Assembly (NCBI RefSeq): GCF_032444005.1
Contig: NC_091282.1
Coordinates: forward strand, 662,222,001-662,286,000
Length of the DNA stretch: 64,000 nt
Direction of reading: 5' to 3'
Source of the DNA: Ranitomeya imitator
Lineage: Eukaryota
Position numbers and translations under genes: made by a program. How positions within the stretch are numbered: the first letter of the stretch is position 1; the number at the start of each line of letters is the position of its first letter. The notes below the pieces were generated by a model. The model saw only the letters and a list, made by a program, of their open reading frames with translations, had not been told where the DNA came from and did no database searches. This document shows, piece after piece, positions 11,147-22,855 of this stretch.

Positions 11147-13374
11147 TAAGCTGTAGTTGATAGTAACTACAGGTTTATAATTGTAGACATTGGGCCTGTG
11201 GCCGAACTGGAGACTCTGGGGTCTTCAATTCGTCCATTATGGGTCGGCGGCTACGTGACAACCAGTTAGACCTCCCACCACCACAACAACTCCCAGGCTC
11301 CAATGCAGAAGCAGTGCCTTTTGTTCTTGTTGCAGATGAGGCGTTCCAACTGACGAGGCACGTCATGAGGCCTTATCCCCGGCGCAACCTGGACCACCGG
11401 CGGAGGATCTTTAATTTGCGGCTTTCTAGGGCGCGGAGACTGGTGGAGTGCGCCTTTGGTATACTGGTGGCCAAATGGCGTGTCCTACAGACTGCCATAC
11501 AGCTCAGTGAGGCTACAGTGAATGAAGTCATCAAAGCCTCAGTAATTTTGCACAATTTTCCCCGCATACATGATTGCTCCTCAGCTGATATTGCTGAACA
11601 CATGTTCAGCAATGTGATTAGGCCTACACTACATGGCCCTCCTCCGCGCCGTCCCCTTTCTGGCATAAAAGTTAGGGATGTTTTCACCAATTATTTTGTT
11701 TCTCCTCAGAGTGCTACTCCTTGGCAAGATTATGCTGTTTCTCAGTTGTGATTTTCTTATTTTCCAAATATATTATCAACTTAAATTTTTGTGTGCCAAA
11801 CAAACAATACTCTGTGTGTTGTATTTCCTTAATTACCAGATGATTATGAACAGAGCATATGTGTGTGATGTAATAATGATTGTTCCACAAACATCAATTG
11901 GCTTTTGACAACATTTTTTACTAACAGCAAAAGCCTTTTGTTGTAAACTTCTAACCATATTTTTTGCATATGGTTTTAATTTTTTTGTTGTTTTTGTATT
12001 TTTTTCCAACAAAACACAACAAAGTACAAATACAGCACAAAATAAACAAAAACATGGTTTTGCGTAACAAAGAAAAATAAGAAAAAAAAAAATTGGCTTA
12101 CAGATCCCTGTAAGTTGGCGGTGGAGATGGCGGCAGTTCAGGGTCTCAGGGTCCTGTTCAGGGGGCCTTTGTTGGGCCAATTGTCCTTCACCCTGTGAGG
12201 ATGCAGTGGGTTGCTGAGCCAAATACAGGCCTTGTTCATATTGGCCAGTTGGGTATTGGCCATAAGGTAATTGTCTCTGGCCCTCATGCTGACGGACATA
12301 TTGGCTGGACTCATGCCCATCCCCAAAACGGCCATGTTGTCCAAACCCAGGTTGTGGCCAGCCTACATCACTGGGTCTGGAAAAGTGGCCATATTGGGAA
12401 TGTGGGTTGTAGGCTGCCATTTGGAACAGTGCTGGCCTTTGTAGATTTTGGGGTGGGAGGGGTTGAGGTGTAGGCAAACGTGGAGGAGGTGCTTCAAATC
12501 CTGATTGACCATGCACCTGTGTAGTTATTTGAAGGCGCAAGAGGTTAGTTTGTGAAAGCTGCCTTCTCTCAAGAAATTCAAACACCTCATAGGGGTTATT
12601 TGGGAAGGTGCTTAAATCAATCTGGATTTGAATACACCCTCTCACACGTAGCCTCACCTCATGGGGAAGGGGACGAAGGTACCGCAAGGCTGCGAGCAAA
12701 GGCCTCCTCTCCATCATCCGTGGCTGCCCTGGCCAAATAATTGAGGACCCCAGCGTCCACATCCCTCCTACTGGCTTGCAGTTCTCTCCTTCTGCTGCCT
12801 CTGTGTAAAGCCCCAGCTGCCTGTGGGGAGGACACCAGTGGGACAGTAGGGCTGCTGCTATGCTCATGCTCTTCCTGGCTTCCAGGATCAGGTGCTGCTA
12901 AGGGTGGTGGTGCTGCACAGTAGCGTAGCTACCAGGGGGGCAGAGGGTGCGGTCGCCCCGGGCCCGGAGCTCAGAGGGGGCTCACCTGGAGCTACGCTAC
13001 CCTCAACTATATTAGCCTGCTGTGCACGCCACATAGTTAAGCTCTGCGGTAAAGCACGGACATAATCTGCCTGCACTGCCACGGTCTGTTCTGTACAGGA
13101 GCATGTGCCGGGGGACGCTGGGTGCCGGCACTGTACCTGCTGCCTCCAGCATACTGCAGACCACATTGCCGGCTGTGTGGTGTCTGCTGAAGAGACTTCA
13201 GGATGCTGCTTCTTCCCTGAGCCCTGCATAGAGGAACAGGACAGGAGACCGGACGGAGTAGGAGCTCAGGCTGCAGGTGGCTGTATCCGGGCCGGGGGTG
13301 ACTGCACTGTGCAGTGAGGAGGAGGCAGGACACTGTTCCCCTCCGGACGAGTCCTAGGATTCTTGCATCCGTTT

Positions 13375-13905
13375 TGCTCTCTCAGTCTCTCTCTCTCTCT
13401 GTCTCTCAGTCAGTCTCTCTGTCAGTCTCGCTATCTCTGTCTCGCTCTCTCTCTGTCTCTCTCTCTCAGTTTCTCAGTCTCTGTCAGTCTCAGTCTTTCT
13501 CTCTCAGTCTCTGTCTATCTCTCTCTCTATCTCAGTCTCTCTCTCTCTCTCTGTCTCTCTCTCAGTCTCTCTCTCAGTCTGTCTGTCTCTGTCAGTCTCT
13601 GTCACTCTCTCTGTCTATCTCAGTCTCTCTCGGTCTCCCTCAGTCTCTGTCTATCTCTCTCTCTGTCTCTCTCTCTGTCTCTCTCTCTGTCTCTCTCTCT
13701 CAGTCTCTCTCTCTGTCTCGCTCTCTCAGTCTCGCTCTCTCTCAGTCTCGCTCTCTCTGTCTCGCTCTCTCTCAGTCTCGCTCTCAGTCTCTTTCTCTCG
13801 CTCTCTCTCAGTCTCTGTCTCTCAGTCTGTCTGTCAGTCTCTGTCACTCTCTCTGTCTATCTCAGTCTCTCTCTCTCAGTCTCTCTCAGCATCTCTCTCT
13901 ATCTC
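13375..13905. repeat. Compound (CT)n/CAGT/CTGT microsatellite
   Basis: Direct reading. Confidence 0.95.
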
Positions 13906-14309
13906 TTGTAATGTGGTCCTGTAGCCGGGGTCCGGGTCCTATCAGTCCAGTGTCTGTGTCATCACATATCAGTAAATACAAGATGACAAACATGAAAATG
14001 CCATTTATATAAACAATAAAAGTTCCCATAAAGTTGAGGATAAATATAAATATGATAAAGAGCCAAATAGAGTAAAAATGGGAGCAGTGAGTAGGTGAGT
14101 ATAGGCAGTCAGGTAAAGATGCCTATGTATACTCAGTCTGAATAACATGGCCCGCAAAGGGGGAGAAGGGAAAAAAGAAGAAATGACGTACAGGGGGGTG
14201 CACTTTCTTCTTTACATGTGTAATATTTTACCTCCCCCCTTTCTTCTGCTTTCCCCTTTCTTTCCATTCCCCTCTTTAGGGTCTTGTCCAGACAAGAGTA
14301 TTCCTTTTA

Positions 14310-15211
14310 GGCCATGTTCACACCAGCAGTATTTGGTCAGTATTTTACCTCAGTATTTGTAGATTCACCAAAGAAGACTACCTTCACATAAGGGCCAGTA
14401 TTAAAAAATAACTTTTATTAATAAACAATGCTATTAAAAAATGACATTGGTGAGGAAAGACACCTACAACACAGGACGAAAGGTGGGTAGTCCAGGAAGG
14501 CTCCACAAAGCAAAGTCCAGACAAATATTCATGTGCAAGTACTCATGTACCCATAAATAACAACATATATAGTATATAATAATAAATGTTAGGCATTTAA
14601 GTACAACATAGATGGTATAGTTACCAAAGATAGGAGCGCTCCTGGGGACCCATCACACCCGACACGCGTTTCGCTTGAAATGCTTCGTCTTTCAAGCGAA
14701 ACGCGCGTCGGGTGTGGTGGGTCCCCAGGAGCGCTCCTATCTTTGGTAACTATACCATCTATGTTGTACTTAAATGCCTAACATTTATTATTATATACTA
14801 TATATGTTGTTATTTATGGGTACATGAGTACTTGCACATGAATATTTGTCTGGACTTTGCTTTGAGGAGCCTTCCTGGACTACCCACCTTTTGTCCTGTG
14901 TTGTAGGTGTCTTTCCTCACCAATGTCATTTTTTAATAGCATTGTTTATTAATAAAAGTTATTTTTTAATACTGGCCCTTATGTGAAGGTAGTCTTCTTT
15001 GGTGTATCTATATATTGTTCTTCATGGCCATACATTGGGGATACTATTAGGTGTTTGCTCAGTATTTGTAGCCAAAACCAGGAGTGGGTGATAAATACAG
15101 AAGTGGTGCATATGTTTCTATTATACTTTTCCTCTAATTGTTCCACTCCTGATTTTGGCTACAAATACTGATGTAAAATACTGACCAAATACTGCTAGTG
15201 TGATCGTAGCC
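14310..15211. mobile_element. MITE (TIR GGC(C/T)A(T/C)G(T/A)TCACAC..GCAGTATTTGGTCAGTATTTTA) hosting a retro-insertion
   Basis: ~38 bp TIRs and TTA TSD on both sides. Confidence 0.85.
14363..15057. mobile_element. Penelope-like foldback insertion
   Basis: ~320 bp inverted arms (14360-14680 and 14690-15010) with a 9-nt loop. 14-bp TSD CTCAGTATTTGTAG at 14349-14362 and 15058-15071. Contains CGAAACGCG and AATAAAAGTT motifs. Confidence 0.7.
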
Positions 15212-15804
15212 TTAGGGTTACCTGGATGCATTCAGGGACCTATTCCCATATGGTGGACTCCATACGCATTTACTGGTTGTTTTTATTTTCTGCAATTTGC
15301 AGCCCACAGAAAGGGACAGAGACCACAATCCAAGGGAGATAAAGTGGATGCCATTACACAACTTGGGAGCTAATTCGGGGCCCATTATACAACGTGGGGG
15401 CTAATGCAGGGGCCATTATTCATTTTCGATTACAGCAGGATCATCTGCTGAGTTTCCCATATACCCATGATTAAAGTGTGCCACCATAGTTGTAATCAAG
15501 GGTTAGGGGCCCACTTAGATGGTTCGCCCCCCATGAGCTGAACCCCTAGCTACGCCTCTGGTGCTGCATCTTCCACACTTGCTGCTGTCTCTTGTGATGC
15601 AGAAGCCGATGGACCTGGAAGGATGGAGGGTGAAGAGGCCAAAGATGGGCGTGCCACCTCTTCTTCAACACTAACGGGATCAATCACAGCCTCCGACTCA
15701 GACCCGGTCTCCCTCTCAGTGAGGTTGGACTGTGTTATTGTTATTGTTATTAAACAATAAAGCAAAAAAAAAAACATTAATAGTTGAGTCATTTGATAAC
15801 ATAA

Positions 15805-16255
15805 TTTTATTAGACATCTGTGACCTCGTCTCCCGGTACTTTCCTGCACGCAACCTCCGATCCTCACAAGATCTCCTTCTCTACTCCCCTCTTATCTCCT
15901 ATTCCCACAATCGTATACAAGACTTATCTCGTGTATCACCCCTACTGTGGAACCCTCTACCACAACACATCAGACTCTTGCATACCTTTGAAAGCTACAA
16001 AAAGAGCCTGAAGACCCACCTCTACCGACAAGCCTATAACCTGCAGTAACCACCGATTGACCAAACTGCTGCATGACCAGCTCTACCCTCGCCTACTGTA
16101 TTCTCACCCATCCCTTGTAGATTGTGAGGCTTTGCGGGCAGGGTCCTCTCTCCTCCTGTACCATTTTGTTTTTTTCATTATTTTTTTGATAATTTATTTT
16201 TAAATGTTTACCCCTCCTTACATGTAAAGCGCCATGGAATAAATGGCGCTAGAAC
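15805..16255 (+). mobile_element. L2-clade LINE 3' fragment
   Basis: ORF end LVSRYFPARNLRSSQDLLL...PLLWNPLPQHIR...FESYKKSLKTHLYRQAY followed by an L2-type 3' UTR (GATTGTGAG...GGGCAGGGTCCTC...GTAAAGCGCCATGGAATAAATGGCGCT). Confidence 0.75.
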
Positions 16256-17038
16256 CAGAACAAATAATATTAATACTAATATTAAAACAAAAAACATTGT
16301 TGTGTTGTTTTGACTTACTGTCTTAGATCCATAGTGGCATCCAAAAAGGAAAGCTGATCGTAGTAAATGTACTTCCTTTTTTTGGGTGGTGCTGCTGACC
16401 CACTTCTTGCCCGCTGCTGCCTTTCCCGCCATACTGTTCCCTGATGCTGCGCCATTGTCTCATAACATCATCCACTGCAATGACATGGTAACAAATATTG
16501 TTTAAGCTCATTCTGCACATTGCTTAAAACAGTTGGCATTGATAGATCATATTTGAACAATGATAATAAAATGCCTTCTTAAATGATTTGCATACAGTTA
16601 CAATTGCTTAAAAGACAACAAAAAAGAAAAAGAAACAACACAAGGACAGGGTCCACACCCCTCTGTACCAGTTTGGCATAAACAAAAATAGTACCCAACG
16701 CAACATCCATATTAGCTATGTATGTAAACACTTTCTCATGTTAATCATCTTTGTTTTTTTTTTAAAATGCAAAAAATTCCATACTAAGGCCAAAAATATT
16801 CTTCCTGTAATCATGTAGGTAAAGCATTTTTCAAGGTTAATTAATGTGGAAAGATGAGGGTACTTACAAAGTTGTGTCTGCTCCGCACGTGGCCGTTGGG
16901 CATAATCTGGGAATAGGATCCCACAGATGTTCCTCCAAGCTGCCTCTTTCCTGGCCAAGTTGGAATAATTTGGATCCCGCTGGTCCCATATTTCTGGCCT
17001 TTTTTGGACCAGGATGAGGAGCATATCCACGTTTATTA

Positions 17039-18011
17039 GGCCGGTTTCACACGTCAGTGGCTCCGGTACGTGAGGTGACAGTTTCCTCACGTACCGGAGC
17101 CACTGACACACGTAGACACATTCAAATCAATGCATCTGTGCAGATGTCATTGATTTTTTGCGGACCGTGTCTCCGTGTGCCAAACACGGAGACATGTCAG
17201 TGTTCGTGGGAGCGCACAGATTACACGGACCCATTAAAGTCAATGGGTCCGTGTAAAACACGTACCCCACACGGACGTTGTCCGTGTGCAGTCCGTGTGG
17301 CGTGCAGGAGACAGCGCTACAGTAAGCGCTGTCCCCCCCACTGGTGCTGAAGCCGCCATTCATATCTTTGTTTCTCGTGTTTAAAATAAAGGTCCATGTC
17401 CTCAACCCCCTCCCACCCCCTGTGCGCCCGCCCGCTGTTCTTAAAATACTCACCCGGCTCCCTCGCTGGCTGGCGCTGCTTCCTGTCCTGGCCGCACCTT
17501 CTACTGTATGAGCAGTCACGTGGGGCCGCTCATTTACAGTAATGAATATGCGGCTCCACCCCTATGGGTGGTGGAGCCCCATATTCATGACTGTAATCGG
17601 CGGCCCCACGTGACCGCTCATACAGTAGAAGGTGCGGCCAGGACAGGAAGCAGCGCCAGCCAGCGAGGGAGCCGGGTGAGTATTTTAAGAAGATCGGGCG
17701 GGCGCACAGGGGGTGGGGACATGGATCTTTATTTTAAACACGAGAAACAAAAAAAAAAAGATTTATCATATCTTCTCTACAGCAAACGCTGCTGCAAAGA
17801 AGATATGAATCGCTGCTTCAGCACCAGATGCAGGGGACAGCGCTAAACTTTAGCGCTGTCTCCTGCACGGTGTGTGTGGTACCCAGTGGGCACACGGGCG
17901 GCACACGTGTGCCGCACGGATGTGCCACAGAAACGCACGGGCATACGGACACGGATAATTCCGGTACCGATTTTTCCGGTACCGGAATTATCTGGACGTG
18001 TGGGACTGCCC
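17039..18011. mobile_element. MITE inserted in MADF exon 1
   Basis: TIRs GGCCGGTTTCACACGTC / GACGTGTGGGACTGCCC with TTA TSD; an inverted sister copy is at 37868-38816. Confidence 0.85.
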
Positions 18012-18851
18012 TTATGCTGGCCATGCTACTTGCAATTCCGTGTAGGCGAGCACCAGACGTCCGGGATGTCTGTGTGGCTTTTTCAGCTAATTAGCATGTC
18101 TGAGCTTCCTGATTGAGGGCTTGGCACAAATCCTGGCACCTGGAGATGTCTGGAGATGTCTGGCGTATTTCTCGCAAGTCACACTGTTGGTCCGTGTGTA
18201 ATCCGTATTTTTCTCGCCCCATAGACTTTCATTGGTGTTTTTTTTGCGCAATACGGTGACAAACGCAGCATGCTGCGATTTTTTATGGCCGTAGAAGACC
18301 GTAAAATACGGATCCGTAAAATATGGCAGATAGGAGCTGGGCCATAGAGAATCATTGTACCTTAAGCAATCCGTATTTTCTGCACCTCTCATACGTCCGT
18401 AAAACTCGCTAGTGTGACGCCGGCCTTAAAGAAATGCACAACTTTAGGTCGCCACTGTAGATCACATGGGGCGGACCAGGAGTTTAGGGATTTTTTTTCC
18501 CTGCATGTTATTTTTTTCCTGTCTTCTTCCATGGGCCATAACTTTTACACTTTTCCGTCTCCATTCTTCATTGCGGGATGAGTTGTAGTTTATAATGACC
18601 TCATTAATTTTACCATATAATTTACTGGAAAATGGGAAAAATTCCAGGTGCGGACAAAATGTGGGAAAAAAATGAATTATGCCAGGGTTTTTGGAGTCAC
18701 GTTTTTACGGTATTTGCTGTGCGGTAAAAATAGCGTTCAGTATATGGCATAAACATTTAGAGATTTATTTATTTAGAAACGAGGTAAAAACATATTTTTT
18801 TGATTTAAAATCTTTATTTTTTTCACATGAATATATTAGATTTTATATTAA

Positions 18852-20068
18852 CCCCTTTCTGACCTCAGACGGGATAGTACGCCCGAGGTCAGAACCCCGG
18901 CTTTGATGCGGGCTCCAGCGGTGAGCCCACATCAAAGCCGGGACATGTCAGCTGTTTTGAACAGCTGACATGTGCCCGCAATAGCGGCGGGTGAAATTAC
19001 GATTCACCCGCCGCTATTAACTAATTAAATGCCGCTGTCAAACACAGACAGCGGTATTTAACTACCACTTTGGGCCGCGCGGCCGGAAATGCGCGCATCG
19101 CTGACCCCGTCACATGATCGGGGGTCAGCGATGCTTCTGCATTGTAACCATAGAGGTCCTTGAGACACACCTGTATTTCTGCTGCATAGCAGCGATCTGA
19201 TGATCGCTGCTATGTAGCAGAGGCGATCGTGTTGTGCCAGCTTCTAGCCTCCCATGGAGGCTATTGAAGCATGGCAAAAGTTAAAAAAAAAGTAAAAAAA
19301 AAAATGTGAAAAAAATACAAAAATACAAAAGTTTAAATCACCCCCCTTTCACCCCATTCAAAATAAAACAATAAAAAAAAATCAAACCTACACATATTTG
19401 GTATCGTCGCGTTCAGAATCACCCGATCTATCAATAAAAAAAGCATTAACCTGATCGCTAAACAGCGTAACGAGAAAAAAATTCGAAACGCCAGAATTAC
19501 GTTTTTGTTGGTCGCCGCGACATTGCATTAAAATGCAATAACGGGCGATCAAAAGAACGTATCTGCACAGAAGTGGTATCAATAAAAACGTCAGCTTGGA
19601 ATGCAAATTATAAGCCCTCAATCAACTCCAGATCACGAAAAATAGAGACGCTACTGGTATCAGAAAATGGCGCAATTTTTTTTTTTTTTAGCAAAATGTG
19701 GAATTTTTTTTCACCACTTAGATAAAACGTAACCTAGTCATGTTTGGTGTCTATGAACTCGTAATGATTTGGAGAATCATAATGGCAGGTCAGTTTTAGC
19801 ATTTAGTGAACCTAGCAAAAAAGCCAAACAAAAAACAAGTGCGGGATTGCACTTTCCTTGCAATTTCACCGCACTTGGAATTTTTTTCCCGTTTTCCAGT
19901 ACACAACATGGTAAAACCAATGATGTCGTTCAAAAGTACAACTCGTCCCGCAAAAAATAAGCCCTCATATGGCCATATTGACGGAAAAATTAAAAAGTTA
20001 TGGATCTGGGAAGGAGGGGAGCGAAAAACGAACACGGAAAAATGGAAAATCCCAAGGTCATGAAGGGG
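18852..20068. mobile_element. piggyBac-type non-autonomous element
   Basis: TTAA|CCCCTT...AAGGGG|TTAA; an inverted sister copy is at 56252-57519. Confidence 0.85.
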
Positions 20069-20411
20069 TTAATATAACATTTACATTAGATTTTACACTA
20101 TTGATATATTTTATATCACTATTATATTTTGCATTAATATATTCGCTTATTTTAAAATGCATATTCTTTTCTGTATTTTATAGGTTTTTATGTATTTTTA
20201 GTCTTGTAGGAGACGTGACGCCTGTATAATACACCGTACTATTTTCACCTATTGTGTTTTTGTGACATAGACGACCTCCTGTAGGGCGGCGTCACACATC
20301 AGACATGTGGGGTTCCCAACAGGACCATGGGCTACCATGGCAACCCACTAGTATCCACATAATTGATGGCAGACATCTGTCAAAATTGATGGCCACCACA
20401 TTGAAGTTTAA

Positions 20412-20742
20412 GGCTATGTGCACACGTTGCGGTTTTGGCCGCTGCGGATCCGCAGCAGTTTTCCATGCATTGTACAGTGCCATGTAAACCTACGGAAACC
20501 AAATCCGCAGGGCCCATGCGGAAAATATGGCGTGGAAACGCAGCGTTGTGTTTTCCGCAGCATGTCAATTCTTTGTGCTGATTCCGCAGCAGTTTACATC
20601 TGCTCTTCAATAGGAATCCGCAGGTGTAAAACCGTAGGTGGAATCCGCACAAAAACAGCCGTAAATCTGCAGAAAACCCACAGGGAATCCACAGGTAAAA
20701 CGCAGGTCAGCATGGAAAAATCCGCAACGTGTGCACATACCC
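20412..20742. mobile_element. MITE (TIR GG(C/G)TATGTGCACACGTTGCGG)
   Basis: TIRs with TAA TSD on both sides. Confidence 0.85.
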
Positions 20743-21084
20743 TAACAATGGCATTTGGGAGGTTAATACTCGGCGTCATAGCTTAAATTGGAAAACTAGA
20801 GATGCTTGGCCCTGAAACGTCCAATATGTGGCAGAATTCCTAAACCGTGCAGGTGCCTCCTGAAAATGTGCGGACAGTCTGTAGTCCAATAGTTCGGCAA
20901 TGGGCTTCACTTATCTATACCATCTACAGGTAATCAACCAATCACAGAGCAGTTTCGTTTTTAAACTGCTGTTAGAAAATGAAAGCTGACCCGTGACAGG
21001 TCAGTTCTGCTTTGCTGGCACTGAGTGCAGTTCTGGCTTTCGACCGCCAGGTGGAAGCAGCGCTCCTCCGCGTTCTTTAGCTTC

Positions 21085-21140
21085 CTGGATATAAGGGAGT
21101 GGCGGCGGAAGTGCGGGGCGCGCGGGGAGCGGAAGTGTCA
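21085..21140 (+). promoter_or_regulatory. TPM3: Probable TPM3 exon-1b promoter
   Basis: TATAAG at 21090 and two CGGAAGT ETS/GABP motifs at 21106 and 21130 in a CpG-rich stretch upstream of the ATG. Confidence 0.55.
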
Positions 21141-21176
21141 GGCATTTAGTCACTGAGAGAGAGGGAGGAAGAGAAG

Positions 21177-21314
21177 ATGTCCGGCGGCGGGATGACCAGT
21201 ATCGAGGCCGTCAAGAGGAAGATCCAGGTCCTCCAGCAACAGGCGGACGATGCGGAGGAGAGAGCCGAGAGACTGTGCCGGGAGGTGGAGGGAGAGAAGC
21301 GCGCACGGGAGCAG
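21177..21314 (+). CDS. TPM3: Tropomyosin 3 exon 1b
   Basis: [46 protein letters not shown]|GTGAGG; synteny with RPS27-RAB13-JTB supports TPM3 over TPM4. Confidence 0.93.
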
Positions 21315-21492
21315 GTGAGGCCGGGCCGTGGGTGGGGCCCGAGACAGTGGACCCCGGAGAGCTTGAGATGGGGCCAAGAGCTACAAATCACAAGGAGCGT
21401 CCCCAAGGGAGTTGTTGCCCATATGGGGTGGGGGCCCGTCCTGGGAGCTAAGCCCCTGCAGGAAGCTGGGCCCAGCGAGAGGTGGTATCCCT

Positions 21493-22855
21493 CTGGGAGC
21501 TGAACTGTCCCCCGCAGGAGGCGGTACCCCTCTGGGAGCTGAACTGTCCCCCGCAGGAGGCGGTACCCCTCTGGGAGCTGAACTGTCCCCCGCAGGAGGC
21601 GGTACCCCTCTGGGAGCTGAACTGTCCCCCGCAGGAGGCGGTACCCCTCTGGGAGCTGAACTGTCCCCCGCAGGAGGCGGTACCCCTCTGGGAGCTGAAC
21701 TGTCCCCCGCAGGAGGCGGTACCCCTCTGGGAGCTGAACTGTCCCCCGCAGGAGGCGGTACCCCTCTGGGAGCTGAACTGTCCCCCGCAGGAGGCGGTAC
21801 CCCTCTGGGAGCTGAACTGTCCCCCGCAGGAGGCGGTACCCCTCTGGGAGCTGAACTGTCCCCCGCAGGAGGCGGTACCCCTCTGGGAGCTGAACTGTCC
21901 CCCGCAGGAGGCGGTACCCCTCTGGGAGCTGAACTGTCCCCCGCAGGAGGCGGTACCCCTCTGGGAGCTGAACTGTCCCCCGCAGGAGGCGGTACCCCTC
22001 TGGGAGCTGAACTGTCCCCCCGCAGGAGGCGGCACCCCTCCCCTGGGAGCTGAGCTGTCCCCCCGCAAGAGGCGGCGCCCCTCCCCTGGGAGCTGTGCTG
22101 TCCCCCCGCAAGAGGCTGCGCCCCTCCCCTGGGAGCTGAGCTGTCCCCCCGCAAGAGGCGGCGCCCCTCCCCTGGGAGCTGAGCTGTCCCCCCGCAAGAG
22201 GCGGCGCCCCTCCCCTGGGAGCTGAGCTGTCCCCCCGCAAGAGGCGGCGCCCCTCCCCTGGGAGCTGAGCTGTCCCCCCGCAAGAGGCGGCGCCCCTCCC
22301 CTGGGAGCTGAGCTGTCCCCCCGCAAGAGGCGGCGCCCCTCCCCTGGGAGCTGAGCTGTCCCCCCGCAAGAGGCGGCGCCCCTCCCCTGGGAGCTGAGCT
22401 GTCCCCCCGCAAGAGGCGGCGCCCCTCCCCTGGGAGCTGAGCTGTCCCCCCGCAAGAGGCGGCGCCCCTCCCCTGGGAGCTGAGCTGTCCCCCCGCAAGA
22501 GGCGGCGCCCCTCCCCTGGGAGCTGAGCTGTCCCCCCGCAAGAGGCGGCGCCCCTCCCCTGGGAGCTGAGCTGTCCCCCCGCAAGAGGCGGCGCCCCTCC
22601 CCTGGGAGCTGAGCTGTCCCCCCGCAAGAGGCGGCGCCCCTCCCCTGGGAGCTGAGCTGTCCCCCCGCAAGAGGCGGCGCCCCTCCCCTGGGAGCTGAGC
22701 TGTCCCCCCGCAAGAGGCGGCGCCCCTCCCCTGGGAGCTGAGCTGTCCCCCCGCAAGAGGCGGCGCCCCTCCCCTGGGAGCTGAGCTGTCCCCCCGCAAG
22801 AGGCGGCGCCCCTCCCCTGGGAGCTGAGCTGTCCCCCCGCAAGAGGCGGCGCCCC
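21493..22855. repeat. Bipartite GC-rich minisatellite: ~14 x 39 bp then ~18-19 x 44 bp
   Basis: Units are CTGGGAGCTGAACTGTCCCCCGCAGGAGGCGGTACCCCT and CTGGGAGCTGAGCTGTCCCCCCGCAAGAGGCGGCGCCCCTCCC. Confidence 0.95.

Larger units (their letters stand above)
9130..11751 (+). pseudogene. Harbinger (HARBI1-like) DDE transposase pseudogene
   Basis: ATG 9130, intron 9468-9734. Motifs RRRM*VHP, CIGAVDGKYI, AVVDSNYRFIIVDIG, VADEAF and RARRLVECAFGIL are present. It has two in-frame TAG stops, a frameshift near 11195 and MITE insertions at 10033-11146. Confidence 0.88.
11833..18024 (-). pseudogene. Harbinger MADF/Myb-SANT DNA-binding partner gene, multi-exon, disrupted
   Basis: Removing the MITE at 17039-18011 and one TTA gives MASIINVDMLLILVQKRPEIWDQRDPNYSNLARKEAAWRNIC. 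Donor after 16868. The next exon starts at 16474 (DDVMRQWRSIREQY...KYIYYDQLSFL). Low-complexity Pro/Gln C-terminus at 12867-11833. Confidence 0.8.
8813..18425. mobile_element. Decayed PIF/Harbinger DNA transposon (~9.6 kb including nested insertions)
   Basis: TIRs GGCTGGAGTCACACT (8813) and AGTGTGACGCCGGCC (18411-18425) match 13/15, with TTAA on both flanks. Subterminal TACGG/CCGTA motifs occur at both ends. It encloses convergent DDE transposase and MADF genes. Confidence 0.75.

Noticed and set aside
12918-13000. Small hairpin with CAGTAGCGTAGCT...AGCTACGCTAC ends (possible hAT MITE)
   Set aside because: The right TIR is incomplete and no 8-bp TSD was found, so it was not called as a feature.
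13314-14012. Ser/Leu-rich ORFs
   Set aside because: (CT)n microsatellite translation.
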